From positions 1 through 39,577 of the IMG/VR virus record IMGVR_UViG_3300045116_000020: 39,577 bases of DNA. One strand, given 5' to 3'. This DNA comes from a virus. Taxonomy: Duplodnaviria; Caudoviricetes. Positions 28,301 to 35,090 of the stretch are shown in pieces (within the stretch, counting starts at the first letter, position 1; the number at the start of each line of letters is the position of its first letter). The notes under the pieces are model-generated. The model did not search any database, was not told where the DNA came from, and worked only from the letters and a program-made list of their open reading frames with translations. The position numbers and the translations under genes were made by a program.

Positions 28301-30376
28301 GGAGGGAGAAGCTCCCCATCTATCCTCCTTTTCGTTCCACGTCATGCCCCACGCAGTCCCATCTTCTGGACGCAAAGCAACCCTAAACCCGTGCGGGCCA
28401 AGATCAATTAAACCCGCCCCCGAGAGACCACTTGCTCTATCCTTGTCAACGTAGATCGTTCTTGCTGAACGAGACTTTACTCCAAAGTCGCCTTCGTGGC
28501 CGAGTTGGTCTCTTTTCGTCTTTGTTCTCGTTGTCGTACCGTCTTCATGGACGGTGTAGTTCGAGCCTTTCGCTGTCACAAAGCTTATCACCGACTCGCC
28601 ATTCTTAACGGGAGTAGAGCTTCTCGATGAACCCATCGTAGCGTTCTCCAGCTCCTGTACGGCTGAAGGCTTTGCAGGTGGCGGTTCGATCTGCTGTTTT
28701 GGCTCTTGCGGTATCGGCGGTTCTTCCGCTGTTGGTTCCGCTTCGGTCTGCTGATCCGGGATCACCTCTGAAGCCGTGACTGCATTACCATCACTCTGAT
28801 CCATGCGACGCATCACCTGATCGGCATACTCTGCATTGGTCACGCCTTCCTGATCGGCAGCGTCCGTACGCAAATAGCCTTTTGGCCCACCGTGGTGCAT
28901 CATGGCGATTTCGCGCTCTGTCGGCATCCGGCCATTATCGCGGTAGAACTGTTGCGAATAGTGGTCGTGCCAAGCCTGCGTAATGGCGCTGGCCTTCGCC
29001 GGGTCTTTCATGTCCTGCATGGTGTAGGACGTGCCGAGAAAACGGTTTCCATCGGCAAGGAACAACGGGGTAATCTGGTAAATTCCGGTAGCTCCGGACT
29101 TCCGGTTCACAGCGTTTGTGTTCCCACCGCTCTCCTGCTGCACAATGGCTGCGGCAACGTTTGAGGTCGATGGAGATGCTTGAGCTGCTGCTGGATTGGT
29201 TTCCGCTTTGCGCTTCTCAGCAAGCTTCTGCTTAACAAGCTGGCCCATCGATAGGTTTGCTGGTCTCTGAATAGGCTGCCCCTGCTGCACAATCGGTTGC
29301 GGCCGCTGTACTCGCTGTACTACGTTTGGTGTTGTGGAGGAGACGGCCTTATCGATCGCGTCTGAAATGGCTTTTGCTCGCATTGTGCGTCGGGCGTAAT
29401 CACCGGCTTCCCCAATGGCAGCATAGCCAGGAGAACTCATAACGGAAATAACGCCGCTATCGACAAGCCGTTGCGAAGCCTGCTGCATGGTCATGTCGGG
29501 CTGAATGAATCCTTTGTCAAGAGCTATTTGCATGGCCTCCGTAACCTCTTCGCCGATTGTCTCGGCAGCGGTTCCTTTGGCGAGTCGCTTGAAATATCCG
29601 CCGCCGCTGGCAAGGAATACTCCGACCGGCGTTTTCTCGCCAATCACCTCGGCGGCTGCCATACCGCTCGAATAAAGTTCAGCCATTGCCGGCGAAAGAC
29701 CAGAAGCGCGACTGTCGCCATAATTCTGAGCTTTCGACTGCGCACCAATGATGGCAAGAGTTACTTCTGGCTGACCAGTAAGCGCACCAATAGCCATTGC
29801 CGGGAGCATCTGACCGGCAGACGCCACCGATCCGGCAACGTGGGCCGCAAATGTACCAGGCTTCACGACGGGCTGCTTTGCATTGATCTCCGCCTGAGCC
29901 TCGTTGTACATCGTCTGACCGGAACTGAAAGTAAATGGGCGCCCATCGCTGGCTCGCTGTTGGCCAATGATGTTCATACCGGCTTCACTTTCCGGGTTCA
30001 TCGGAGTCTTTGCCGCTTCTTCGAGATACTGCAACCCTCCAGCGATGGTTTGCTTCATCCTTGTCGGAACAAGGCCAACTTCTTTCTGGGCTGCGATGAT
30101 GGCGTTATCCGTTCCAGGGGACTGAACAAAATATTTCCGAACGGCGGCAATATCATCAGCCGGGTTCTTGGTCTCGATCTTCTCCGGGTCAACTACGCGG
30201 TCAAGCGCCCCGGTCACTGCGGACACACCCTCACTGAACGCCCTTCCGATCTGCTGCGGTATAGTTGGGTTGAACTCGTCTTTGTAAATTTTCGCTAAAA
30301 CCTCAGCGTCCTCGTAATCGCCATTCGTTTCGGCAATTACGATGGCCTCAAGTACCTGCTGTTTTGTGTATGCCAT
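19322..30376 (-). CDS. Giant polyvalent ejection protein (DarB-like): transglycosylase, N6-adenine MTase, Strawberry-notch SF2 helicase, zincin motif, LPD38-like C-terminus
   Basis: QESGGNTNAVN..SGATGIYQI; YSTP..VYEPTAGNG..VIANPPF; GDQTGIGKGR..VDESHN..SSAT..SGSTGISLHA..QMLGRVNRTGQ; HEAGH..EGFAE; IPFFNAAIQG..RIPKPF. Confidence 0.88.
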   Translation of the reverse strand: MAYTKQQVLEAIVIAETNGDYEDAEVLAKIYKDEFNPTIPQQIGRAFSEGVSAVTGALDRVVDPEKIETKNPADDIAAVRKYFVQSPGTDNAIIAAQKEVGLVPTRMKQTIAGGLQYLEEAAKTPMNPESEAGMNIIGQQRASDGRPFTFSSGQTMYNEAQAEINAKQPVVKPGTFAAHVAGSVASAGQMLPAMAIGALTGQPEVTLAIIGAQSKAQNYGDSRASGLSPAMAELYSSGMAAAEVIGEKTPVGVFLASGGGYFKRLAKGTAAETIGEEVTEAMQIALDKGFIQPDMTMQQASQRLVDSGVISVMSSPGYAAIGEAGDYARRTMRAKAISDAIDKAVSSTTPNVVQRVQRPQPIVQQGQPIQRPANLSMGQLVKQKLAEKRKAETNPAAAQASPSTSNVAAAIVQQESGGNTNAVNRKSGATGIYQITPLFLADGNRFLGTSYTMQDMKDPAKASAITQAWHDHYSQQFYRDNGRMPTEREIAMMHHGGPKGYLRTDAADQEGVTNAEYADQVMRRMDQSDGNAVTASEVIPDQQTEAEPTAEEPPIPQEPKQQIEPPPAKPSAVQELENATMGSSRSSTPVKNGESVISFVTAKGSNYTVHEDGTTTRTKTKRDQLGHEGDFGVKSRSARTIYVDKDRASGLSGAGLIDLGPHGFRVALRPEDGTAWGMTWNEKEDRWGASPSGWAVPFTDTPEIGKAPVELWGPKSDVPGRESYSGQHAGNAIISIKSKEKTLVANAPAKPPVPLSESKPFAETDKTDTSDFRVRDHMINEQVRKAAQFKTVKDVQLSGIDKKTNGKAIGDFMFFKEGKGYNVTHIPTGLAVQKDLHPDDARELVYRLSMMENKLTKETGDRSAFLNEGGQILRDFADRKLLDGHPVPVLGDEQESSKTGDKEKEKATTTEPPEWWNKITDSERYNRLVSIGHRPSTIRRDTWFELTDKQREALDYQWGNAGKHKETQIAQSPENESASKESIAQEYADLLGQQLGDYHRDIARAILEKDAERLEPIIGQAKGANKNTEKIFTKYTGVKLPSRIADRKQAIKEWAESPELSEQQEPETTPVEEKRPSKQSDELQRTIETRLIARLIDSGFKSISDARRWYKDEVGIDIEPGTSTAKYFDELVEVALVKAARKIVEKGSFDDNYEKLVALYDNMPRLGVRTSESVAQQAYSTPLPLAYAASRLAGIGSLTKVYEPTAGNGVLLIEASPKNAVVNELNPDRAEALKKQGFAVTEHDASQYVPDKMADVVIANPPFGVVKDERGRSKEFEVSDVYSTKEIDHAIALKALDAMSDDGKAVLILGAVKAESEEALSDGYNGKAKREFYIWLHQHYNVVDHFIVSGDLYQKQGAGWPVDVITIHGRGRSALKVPAANVPDIVNDWKSLKERVKDYVTAEDTVGATGERIRRSRGTGDNARAEKPAEGAGRGVSEQSNGVGSRSSNTKRVGAGQTNVAPDERSMDAVKPAQKTGRKQAEPAPKRSENLRRSSGGSRSIKEGKSQAAYKPASKAKSVSTLLPVNMANGVEIALANVIDQHGDIDKWVAGELGYREGEIGNYLSAEQIDAVALAIHNMQKGAAFIIGDQTGIGKGRFVASILRWALKKNHVPVFITEKPDLYADMYRDLSDTGIQEMLGREPRILATNSGLNISLVEGKSAIKTASGKAHDDELLKFLHKKIAGDDTGYDMVFTTYSQLQTVKGEDTARRRVIESLAPVSVFLVDESHNAGGNQKLGFNGEKVVDDVPDRAQLVRNITRKAVGTVFSSATYAKRPEVMDLYASTDLGLAVDDIEKLPEVIGRGGVPMQQIIASMLAESGQYLRRERSFDGIDYEVVKVPVDRKQYDTVANIMGWINAFSQQVAVAAKGISKELKAEGRAMSGNQSTGGAGVDSTNFTSVMHNVIGQMLFAIKADAAADMAIADLKAGMKPVITVAGTLESFHKEIVDSLGLNEGDQVDIGFGDLLLRYLEKCRWVTERRPFMKKGDVAEKKRLTDQQLGPMAVSLEKKIMQIVQASDFSNMPISPIDWIRHRISEAGYKVTEITGRQSIMLYDKEKNAFLGKRPLAERGVKGKERTKAGFNNGDIDAVILNQSGSTGISLHASETFKDQRKRIMTIAQAEGNIDTHMQMLGRVNRTGQVVLPGFRQLNADIPAENRPAAVLAKKMASLNANTTGSTKSRFTNDDVPDIINIYGDEAAYELLLENPKLLARLGNDLLKIDEDSDKPVMADIARRMTGRVPMLPLKEQEEVYEQLIDKFNSILSEANARGENALEAQTMKLDAEVLETKQIQAQTGDSPFQGAVYLEKLRVNNLSKPFTSEEVMKQVEEATGVKPEGEPWEALELMRKKAPKEFIKESLEAFKAYRINELQDIETPEARDKAMTRLENVENRWRRIIGNHGVGSPVELVDGSGFLYRGIVTEIKQTGKPQNPLALSTWKMKVSVASSTRQLTIQFSKLFPPGTSLDDKSFSIREVGLVDGLHVIDMFDALKNTDKETRYMLTGNIPAGYGIVGQGAIVNYTTAEGEVKQGILMKRGYKFESSNDVAFITGAQVIEYLNLGGVMRSSDDAIKAVKNGAVVRIEIKGSKQAGGKYFLDKSLIGITGDFVSVGGMMRADVSEVAAAKAFDRMRSLGAKLRPDGKIDVARKIVGGEAVATNGVLGMPSRRSPVLQMKRKVKSIIAPDEIVRAIERMTGTPVQVGKGYFGVRRMDSWFNPKNDLIRVKQANALDKIAHEAGHSVHAKILQWFSEYPSTVMKELVAIGVELYGDKKPNGGYHREGFAEFFAKKIMGKDVSEYQTTNAWFESQVLDKRPDLKTSFDATAALFEQWESQGAYGRIAGMVHRVAPGIKGKALTAWEKLSKSFSRRMWINDAAPLERVVDDLIKRTDVELRPTENPAMMRAALKMSAQGTARRFILDHAVNRSGDIVGKSLVDYLRPVKNQLEEFTVYALSRRALDLHRRGIDPGISKSDAEYSVETLQSKEFDDALFGITEWSNYLIDYVVECGGMSPDAAKAMRDLNPIYLPLKRYFDETHMGGARGIGSKFSSGIKRIKGSGRRIIDPVDSFMQQAEQMIRFGNEMMVVNSIASAVEKVEQAGKDRGEILSVGWFANKVQAPVNVDEFSVADIARQLEEIGVDLADADMEQVLRVFSSAQRYTGKQNIITIIRNGKREFWEIDPAIYEVIMEMDKDHLPAFFSFFIPAKRLVQLGAVGVNASFGVIKNPIRDTIDRAVYGQRRSHPFDTLANGFFEELKQGRYSGLWKNLGGELSTLMGQDRIATQRLLEEGMAETKKEKVIQVFKHPIDAFRSLLSFYESAPRIAEFRAVLEKSEEKYGTGSLDARIEALLASKDVTVNFTRAGIISQALNGIIPFFNAAIQGSSKFVRSFDFRKDGKAAARSFGAAISYITVPSLLLFMLNKDEDWYEELTKYERLAYWHFSPDGGGTIFRIPKPFQLGFVFGSVPEAVFYAAYKDNPELVNEALLETAKGFLPADSVFDLLPALIKPSVEVAANYDSFRENPIVPYYEEKGKIPKDQYGKGTTEMAKAIGSVIGVSPRKVEHILSNQTGGLALNSIRNAEAIFGVRKLGRNDQLADIPIIGTLFSRNPYYSGRTVNKVYELKAQLEQKAGSGNITPKERYLLKKLDFAAKKMKLIRKRLDADEISYDEAAIKLTNAARMAFGMSMVEKK

Positions 30377-30381
30377 AGCTA

Positions 30382-31269
30382 TTATTTTAAGCCATATTTG
30401 GCTTTTACACTTTCGATTGTGATTGGCGTCCTTTTCCCATTTCCGGCCTTTCCTTCACGCTGCAACTGAGCGTCCATATCTCTCTTTGCCTGGTCAATAA
30501 ATGCGGATAACGGCTGCGTATTCCCTGAATTCTTTCTGAGAAACATTGCTCGCGTCAGTACCCATGACTTTTGCGCAGCAGCGCCTTTATTGATGTACTT
30601 TAAGCCAGTTTCCGGGTCGATAGTCATAGTGCCTCCAACGATCTGATCAGCGAGGTCTTCTGCCGTTTTCAAGTCCTGTGAGGACACACTAGACTTCCCT
30701 CCGTCGGAGCTATCGATTGATTTTGAATTCGTTCGGCCAATTTCACGTCCCTTCTTATCGTAGAGAATGTCTTCGTTACCAAACTTCACCTTTGTCGGCG
30801 GACCTTGCGTCTCTGCATTGCTCATCTTCTGGAGCAATGCCATGCCATCCTTTGCCTGGGCAAGTTGGTAAGCCACCCAGTCCGAATTGTACTTGTCAGG
30901 CATCTGTGAGCCAATCTCTGGAGAAACCTGGGTTTTTATCCACTGATATGCCTGTTCCGGGTTATCAGAATGAAGTATCGCCGCTGCTACCGCACCGATT
31001 TGGTTGAGATTCGATTCGAACTGCTTCCGCTTGTTCTCATCCATCTGGCCGATGGTGGTGACATATCGATTGGTCTCTTCGGGAGAAAGCACCAGCATAT
31101 CCTGAAGCGCTGATTGATCGCCAGAAGCAAGACGCTGGCGGGCCTTCTTCAGGGCGTTGCCAGTATCAATTTCTTCTTGTGCTTTGTCAATCAGGAGTTT
31201 GTTCTTGAGTAAATTCTGACCGGCGGTAATCGCTTCACCAACATCGATACCAAACTGATTGGCTGGCAT
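30382..31269 (-). CDS. Ejection/DNA-transfer protein (P22 gp20 slot)
   Basis: Helical, Q/A-rich; second of three genes in the ejection cluster; assigned by synteny. Confidence 0.6.
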   Translation of the reverse strand: MPANQFGIDVGEAITAGQNLLKNKLLIDKAQEEIDTGNALKKARQRLASGDQSALQDMLVLSPEETNRYVTTIGQMDENKRKQFESNLNQIGAVAAAILHSDNPEQAYQWIKTQVSPEIGSQMPDKYNSDWVAYQLAQAKDGMALLQKMSNAETQGPPTKVKFGNEDILYDKKGREIGRTNSKSIDSSDGGKSSVSSQDLKTAEDLADQIVGGTMTIDPETGLKYINKGAAAQKSWVLTRAMFLRKNSGNTQPLSAFIDQAKRDMDAQLQREGKAGNGKRTPITIESVKAKYGLK

Positions 31270-31328
31270 TTCATTTACCCTTTTTTAATTCCAAAGATTT
31301 GAGAATGATATTTATTGATCAATATTGA

Positions 31329-32177
31329 TCAATTTGTTCCTACTGATGAACCTGATCCGTTGTTTTTGAACATCGAATAGGCCAGGTAATTCTGAATTCC
31401 CTGATTTGCAGTAGTCGCCAGATTGCTGTACAGGTTGGCCGTGGCATTGCCCTGATTGATTGCATTGGTAGCCAATGCATTTCCTGTATTGATGGTGCTT
31501 GCCCCTACCGCCGTACCCATATTCTGGGCTGCATTCGCAATGGTGTTGTTGGCGGTCTGTCCGGAACCGGCAACGCTGGCCGTGCGATTGAATCGGTTAT
31601 TCAACTCGCCAGAAGTGAGATTGAGCGCGTTCAGATTAGAGGCGTTGTTCACCTGCACAGCATTCAATGCGTCGGCATTGTTGGTCTGGTTGACCTGCAA
31701 TGCCCGGTTGAAGACGTTACCGTACTCCTGAGACGCCAAATCCTGACCGTATTGCGTAATGGCTTTCTGTTGTGCTCCTGACTGTAACATGCCTTTTGCC
31801 GCAGCACTCATATCAAGAGCATTCACTCCTTGCTTCAGCCTGAACTGGTAACTCGGGTCTTGGGTCAGGTCAATGTTGCCAGAGAACGCATTGGGGGTGT
31901 AGGTCTTCTGGTCGATCTTCGACATATCCAGATTGTAAGTACCGTTCTGGATCGCCTGCTGGAGCCGGGTAATGGCATCGGCGCCGGCGTTATACCACGG
32001 GGCGGCCTGATCTTTCTGGTCAGTATAGAGCCACTTCTGGAAGTCAATATTATCCCGGTTCGCCTGAACCGTGGCGTCAGATGCTGCCTGAGACGCTTTC
32101 TTTTGGGCGTTTGACGCCGAGTTCGAAGCAATACCTCCGATAATCGCACTTCCCAGAATTGCCGTCTCGATTCCCAT
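31329..32177 (-). CDS. Ejection/DNA-transfer protein (P22 gp7-like)
   Basis: Gly/Ala-rich hydrophobic N-terminus; DPSYQFRLKQGVNALDMSAAAKGMLQSG motif; N/A/Q-rich. Confidence 0.8.
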   Translation of the reverse strand: MGIETAILGSAIIGGIASNSASNAQKKASQAASDATVQANRDNIDFQKWLYTDQKDQAAPWYNAGADAITRLQQAIQNGTYNLDMSKIDQKTYTPNAFSGNIDLTQDPSYQFRLKQGVNALDMSAAAKGMLQSGAQQKAITQYGQDLASQEYGNVFNRALQVNQTNNADALNAVQVNNASNLNALNLTSGELNNRFNRTASVAGSGQTANNTIANAAQNMGTAVGASTINTGNALATNAINQGNATANLYSNLATTANQGIQNYLAYSMFKNNGSGSSVGTN

Positions 32178-32602
32178 CAGTTCCTTCCGTAAATTGTTCC
32201 GAGTACTTTGTACCTCTTCGACATGACCGCGTTGTGATCACTGTTCTTGAATGCAAGGCCGATCATCTGCCCGTCATGATCCTTGATCGAAGTCCGGAAC
32301 AATTCGGCATACGCCCGACCTTTTCGCTTCTCAGGTACGATGTAGATGTGGCTCATCACGAAGAAGTGACTATGGGAACAGGAAACCAACGAGTCAAATG
32401 CTCGATCGATAATACAGAACCCTGTTTTGGGGTAGTAATAGACAAAAGCCGTTCGGAGCTTGTGCCGGATATAGGTGATATAGGCTCTCTCATCGTCAGA
32501 AGCCTTATCCGGTTCCGTTTCATGCTTGAGCTGCATCATCATGTCGGCAAGGTCGGCCAGTACGTCGAGGGGGACTTTTCCTGTGAGACGAACAACGTTC
32601 AT
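32177..32602 (-). CDS. GNAT-like protein in the P22 gp14 slot
   Basis: HIYIVPEKRKGRAYAELF resembles acetyl-CoA-binding motif A. Confidence 0.6.
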   Translation of the reverse strand: MNVVRLTGKVPLDVLADLADMMMQLKHETEPDKASDDERAYITYIRHKLRTAFVYYYPKTGFCIIDRAFDSLVSCSHSHFFVMSHIYIVPEKRKGRAYAELFRTSIKDHDGQMIGLAFKNSDHNAVMSKRYKVLGTIYGRN

Positions 32603-32766
32603 GGGTTCAATTGTGTCTTGAGTTCCTCGATCTGTTTTTGTTGCTCCTGCACCTGCACCCAGAGACAGTGCATGAAATCCGCCATCTCCTTGGTTGGTCG
32701 CCCATCTCGATCAACGATGACCAGACGGATCGGCGGTGGTGGCGTGGGTTTTGGTTTATCAGCCAT
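32599..32766 (-). CDS. 55-aa protein in the gp26 (tail needle/plug) slot, missed by the ORF track
   Basis: MADKPKPTPPPPIRLVIVDRDGRPTKEMADFMHCLWVQVQEQQKQIEELKTQLNP*; overlaps both neighbouring genes. Confidence 0.7.
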   Translation of the reverse strand: MADKPKPTPPPPIRLVIVDRDGRPTKEMADFMHCLWVQVQEQQKQIEELKTQLNP

Positions 32767-34138
32767 ATTCAGCTAAAACGGCGTTAATGACCACCTTGAT
32801 GGGGTCAGTTATGGTGAACTTGACGTTGCGACGGATGAACAGACCAAGCGGCCCCCACTTGGCTTGACGGCTATATTCGCCGATGCCGCCGAGCGCCCTC
32901 CAGCGCTCCTTGCTCCATGTCTTCTTGCCGTTATCTGACCATTGCAGCATCACCTGAGGTGATTCGGTGCCTTGAGCACTGTGCTCCATTTCGATCTCAA
33001 GACTGTACATGGTCGCCCCTTGCCCTCGGGCATTAATCTGTGGGAAGATCGCCTCTCGCTTGAGGGCTGTTCCATCGTCGGTATAAGCATCCATGCTCAT
33101 CACGTAGATGTTGCCATTTTGGAAATCACCCACAAGGTTGAGGCCGTATTGGCTTAGTCGGCAGAAGCAGTTTGAAATGTGACGGCCAAAAACGAAGTGG
33201 CTGCGCTCATGCCAGAGCCCCGTTGTGAGGTCGTACACCCAGGTAAGCTTTTTGTTAGGGATGGTCAGGACATAGAACTGGTGTCCCTCTTCGGAGTAGG
33301 TATAAGCGAAGGCATCACCGATGAGCGGAGTGTTGATCGAATATTCGACAGCCTCTGAACTCACCTTCTTCGGGATATACCCGTTCGTCCGGTAAACACT
33401 CCCGTCACTGCCCAACCAAAACACGCTGCCGCCGATCTGTGCTGCGGTGTAAGGTGACATGATTCCAACCTCGATGAAGGTTCCGGCAACACGCGCGTAC
33501 GGGAACAGGTTGTTTCCGCTATCCCACCAGATTTCACCGCTCTCCTTTCCGAATATCCAGAGCAACCTCCTATCTGAAATGACGCATTCGGTGTTATCCG
33601 GAGCCTGCTCTGCTGTTGCCCACATAGTTGCGTCGAAAGTAACGCTGAGTAGCTCTGAGATAAAGAACTGGCCGGTGCCCGTCCGGTTGAAGATGAAGTA
33701 CCCGTCTTGAAAAGTCACCGTCGAAGCTGGGTACCATCCGCCGCCGGTGAACTCGTGCAGACCGTCGGCAACCGAGTAGTAATAGCCCTTGAATCCATCG
33801 ACAAAGGCAATCTGCAAGCCATTGGTGGCGATGCTTACCCGGCTGCCGGTGATGGATACCGCTCCAAGATCAGTGAAGGCTCCGTACCACTCGACGATAT
33901 AAAGGTTCGTTGAGGTCACTGCATAAAGCTTGTCACCCATCTCGATCATGGCCAGAACCGGGAACGTTGGAAGCGAGGCAAAAAGCGTGGTGCCCGGCGT
34001 GCCGTACAGTACAGCTTTCGGCCCATCCGATGAATCCGGCAGGATATTGGCAAACAGGTTCACCAGCCGCGATCCGTCGGAAGCGTCAGACCGTCCACTG
34101 TTGCTTGAAACCGGAAATTTGAGTGGAACCGGAGGCAT
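32759..34138 (-). CDS. Tail hub / packaged-DNA stabilisation protein (P22 gp10-like)
   Basis: LYGTPG, DGYFIFN, ATAEQAPD, GHQFYVLTIP..TWVYDLTTGLWHER, MLQWSDNG; start 34138 overlaps the upstream TAA. Confidence 0.88.
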   Translation of the reverse strand: MPPVPLKFPVSSNSGRSDASDGSRLVNLFANILPDSSDGPKAVLYGTPGTTLFASLPTFPVLAMIEMGDKLYAVTSTNLYIVEWYGAFTDLGAVSITGSRVSIATNGLQIAFVDGFKGYYYSVADGLHEFTGGGWYPASTVTFQDGYFIFNRTGTGQFFISELLSVTFDATMWATAEQAPDNTECVISDRRLLWIFGKESGEIWWDSGNNLFPYARVAGTFIEVGIMSPYTAAQIGGSVFWLGSDGSVYRTNGYIPKKVSSEAVEYSINTPLIGDAFAYTYSEEGHQFYVLTIPNKKLTWVYDLTTGLWHERSHFVFGRHISNCFCRLSQYGLNLVGDFQNGNIYVMSMDAYTDDGTALKREAIFPQINARGQGATMYSLEIEMEHSAQGTESPQVMLQWSDNGKKTWSKERWRALGGIGEYSRQAKWGPLGLFIRRNVKFTITDPIKVVINAVLAEYG

Positions 34139-34842
34139 TACAGTAAAAAGATTGAGGATGGAACAAGACGGCGACTCAATCCTGGATCGCATTTAGTCAG
34201 AGGAACGCCACGATTTGCGGCATTCTTGGACTTGATCTTGTCGTATGCGTTGTTGGCAATGGCAACAACATCCGAACGGATCGGGCGGCCATACTTTGCT
34301 GAGAGCATAACGGGAATGCCGAACTGAACAGCCAGGTCATAGCCCGGCGGGAACTCAAGTTCTTCAGTAAGGATTTGCAACTGGTCGAACGGACGTACCG
34401 ATCGGACGAGTGCCGTTATTCCGGAATCAGGTATGCACGAGAAAAGAATGGACGCCGTCGGGTACGATGGAAGAAAAGAGGCCATAGATGGCGCCCCCGA
34501 GATAGGTACCGTCGGAATATCTCGAAGCGTCGATTCGTCCACCATGAACAGCTCGTGTGAGATGTAGTTATTGTCGGTCATGGTTATTCCGTCGATCGAC
34601 AAAACCGGAGTCGTCTGCCAATCGCACCCCGGCCCGATGGTTATTTCCTGCTTTGACGGTAATGGAACGGTAAAAGTTTCGCGCGAAATTACCGGAACGA
34701 TCAGGTTGTCAAGGCTCCATGACCCAAGCATCTGGTTCGTAAGGTCGATAGCGTCAAGCAATGCCTCGGGTGGAGCTTCCTCCCCCTCGGGCAAAAAGCC
34801 GACGATCACAAGCGCCAGCTCGATCATTCGCTTCAAGGTCAT
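34138..34842 (-). CDS. Head-tail adaptor (P22 gp4-like)
   Basis: IELAL..G..GEEAPPEALLDAIDLTNQMLGSW and FPPGYDLA patterns; synteny. Confidence 0.75.
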   Translation of the reverse strand: MTLKRMIELALVIVGFLPEGEEAPPEALLDAIDLTNQMLGSWSLDNLIVPVISRETFTVPLPSKQEITIGPGCDWQTTPVLSIDGITMTDNNYISHELFMVDESTLRDIPTVPISGAPSMASFLPSYPTASILFSCIPDSGITALVRSVRPFDQLQILTEELEFPPGYDLAVQFGIPVMLSAKYGRPIRSDVVAIANNAYDKIKSKNAANRGVPLTKCDPGLSRRLVPSSIFLL

Positions 34843-35021
34843 TTCTTGGCAGGCTTGGTAGGTTTGGTGTCGGTGCTGTCTTCGCTTTCAGGTGGATCAA
34901 TTAAATCAGGATGGGCAGGAGAATCTCTCCAGCCGTCATCATACAGCATACCTATATCGAACGTGTCAGCATCAAAGATTTGAGCTGGACGGGTTTTGTG
35001 GTAAAGCCATGTAGGAGTCAT
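34839..35021 (-). CDS. Small conserved protein downstream of the coat gene
   Basis: MTPTWLYHKTRPAQIFD...GWRDSP; ATGA coupling to the gp4-like gene. Confidence 0.65.
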   Translation of the reverse strand: MTPTWLYHKTRPAQIFDADTFDIGMLYDDGWRDSPAHPDLIDPPESEDSTDTKPTKPAKK

Positions 35022-35090
35022 AGTAGTTGGCTTGAGATTTATGTTCGAGAAAAAAGGCAGGGCCATCAAGACCCCGCCATTTATTGGTCA

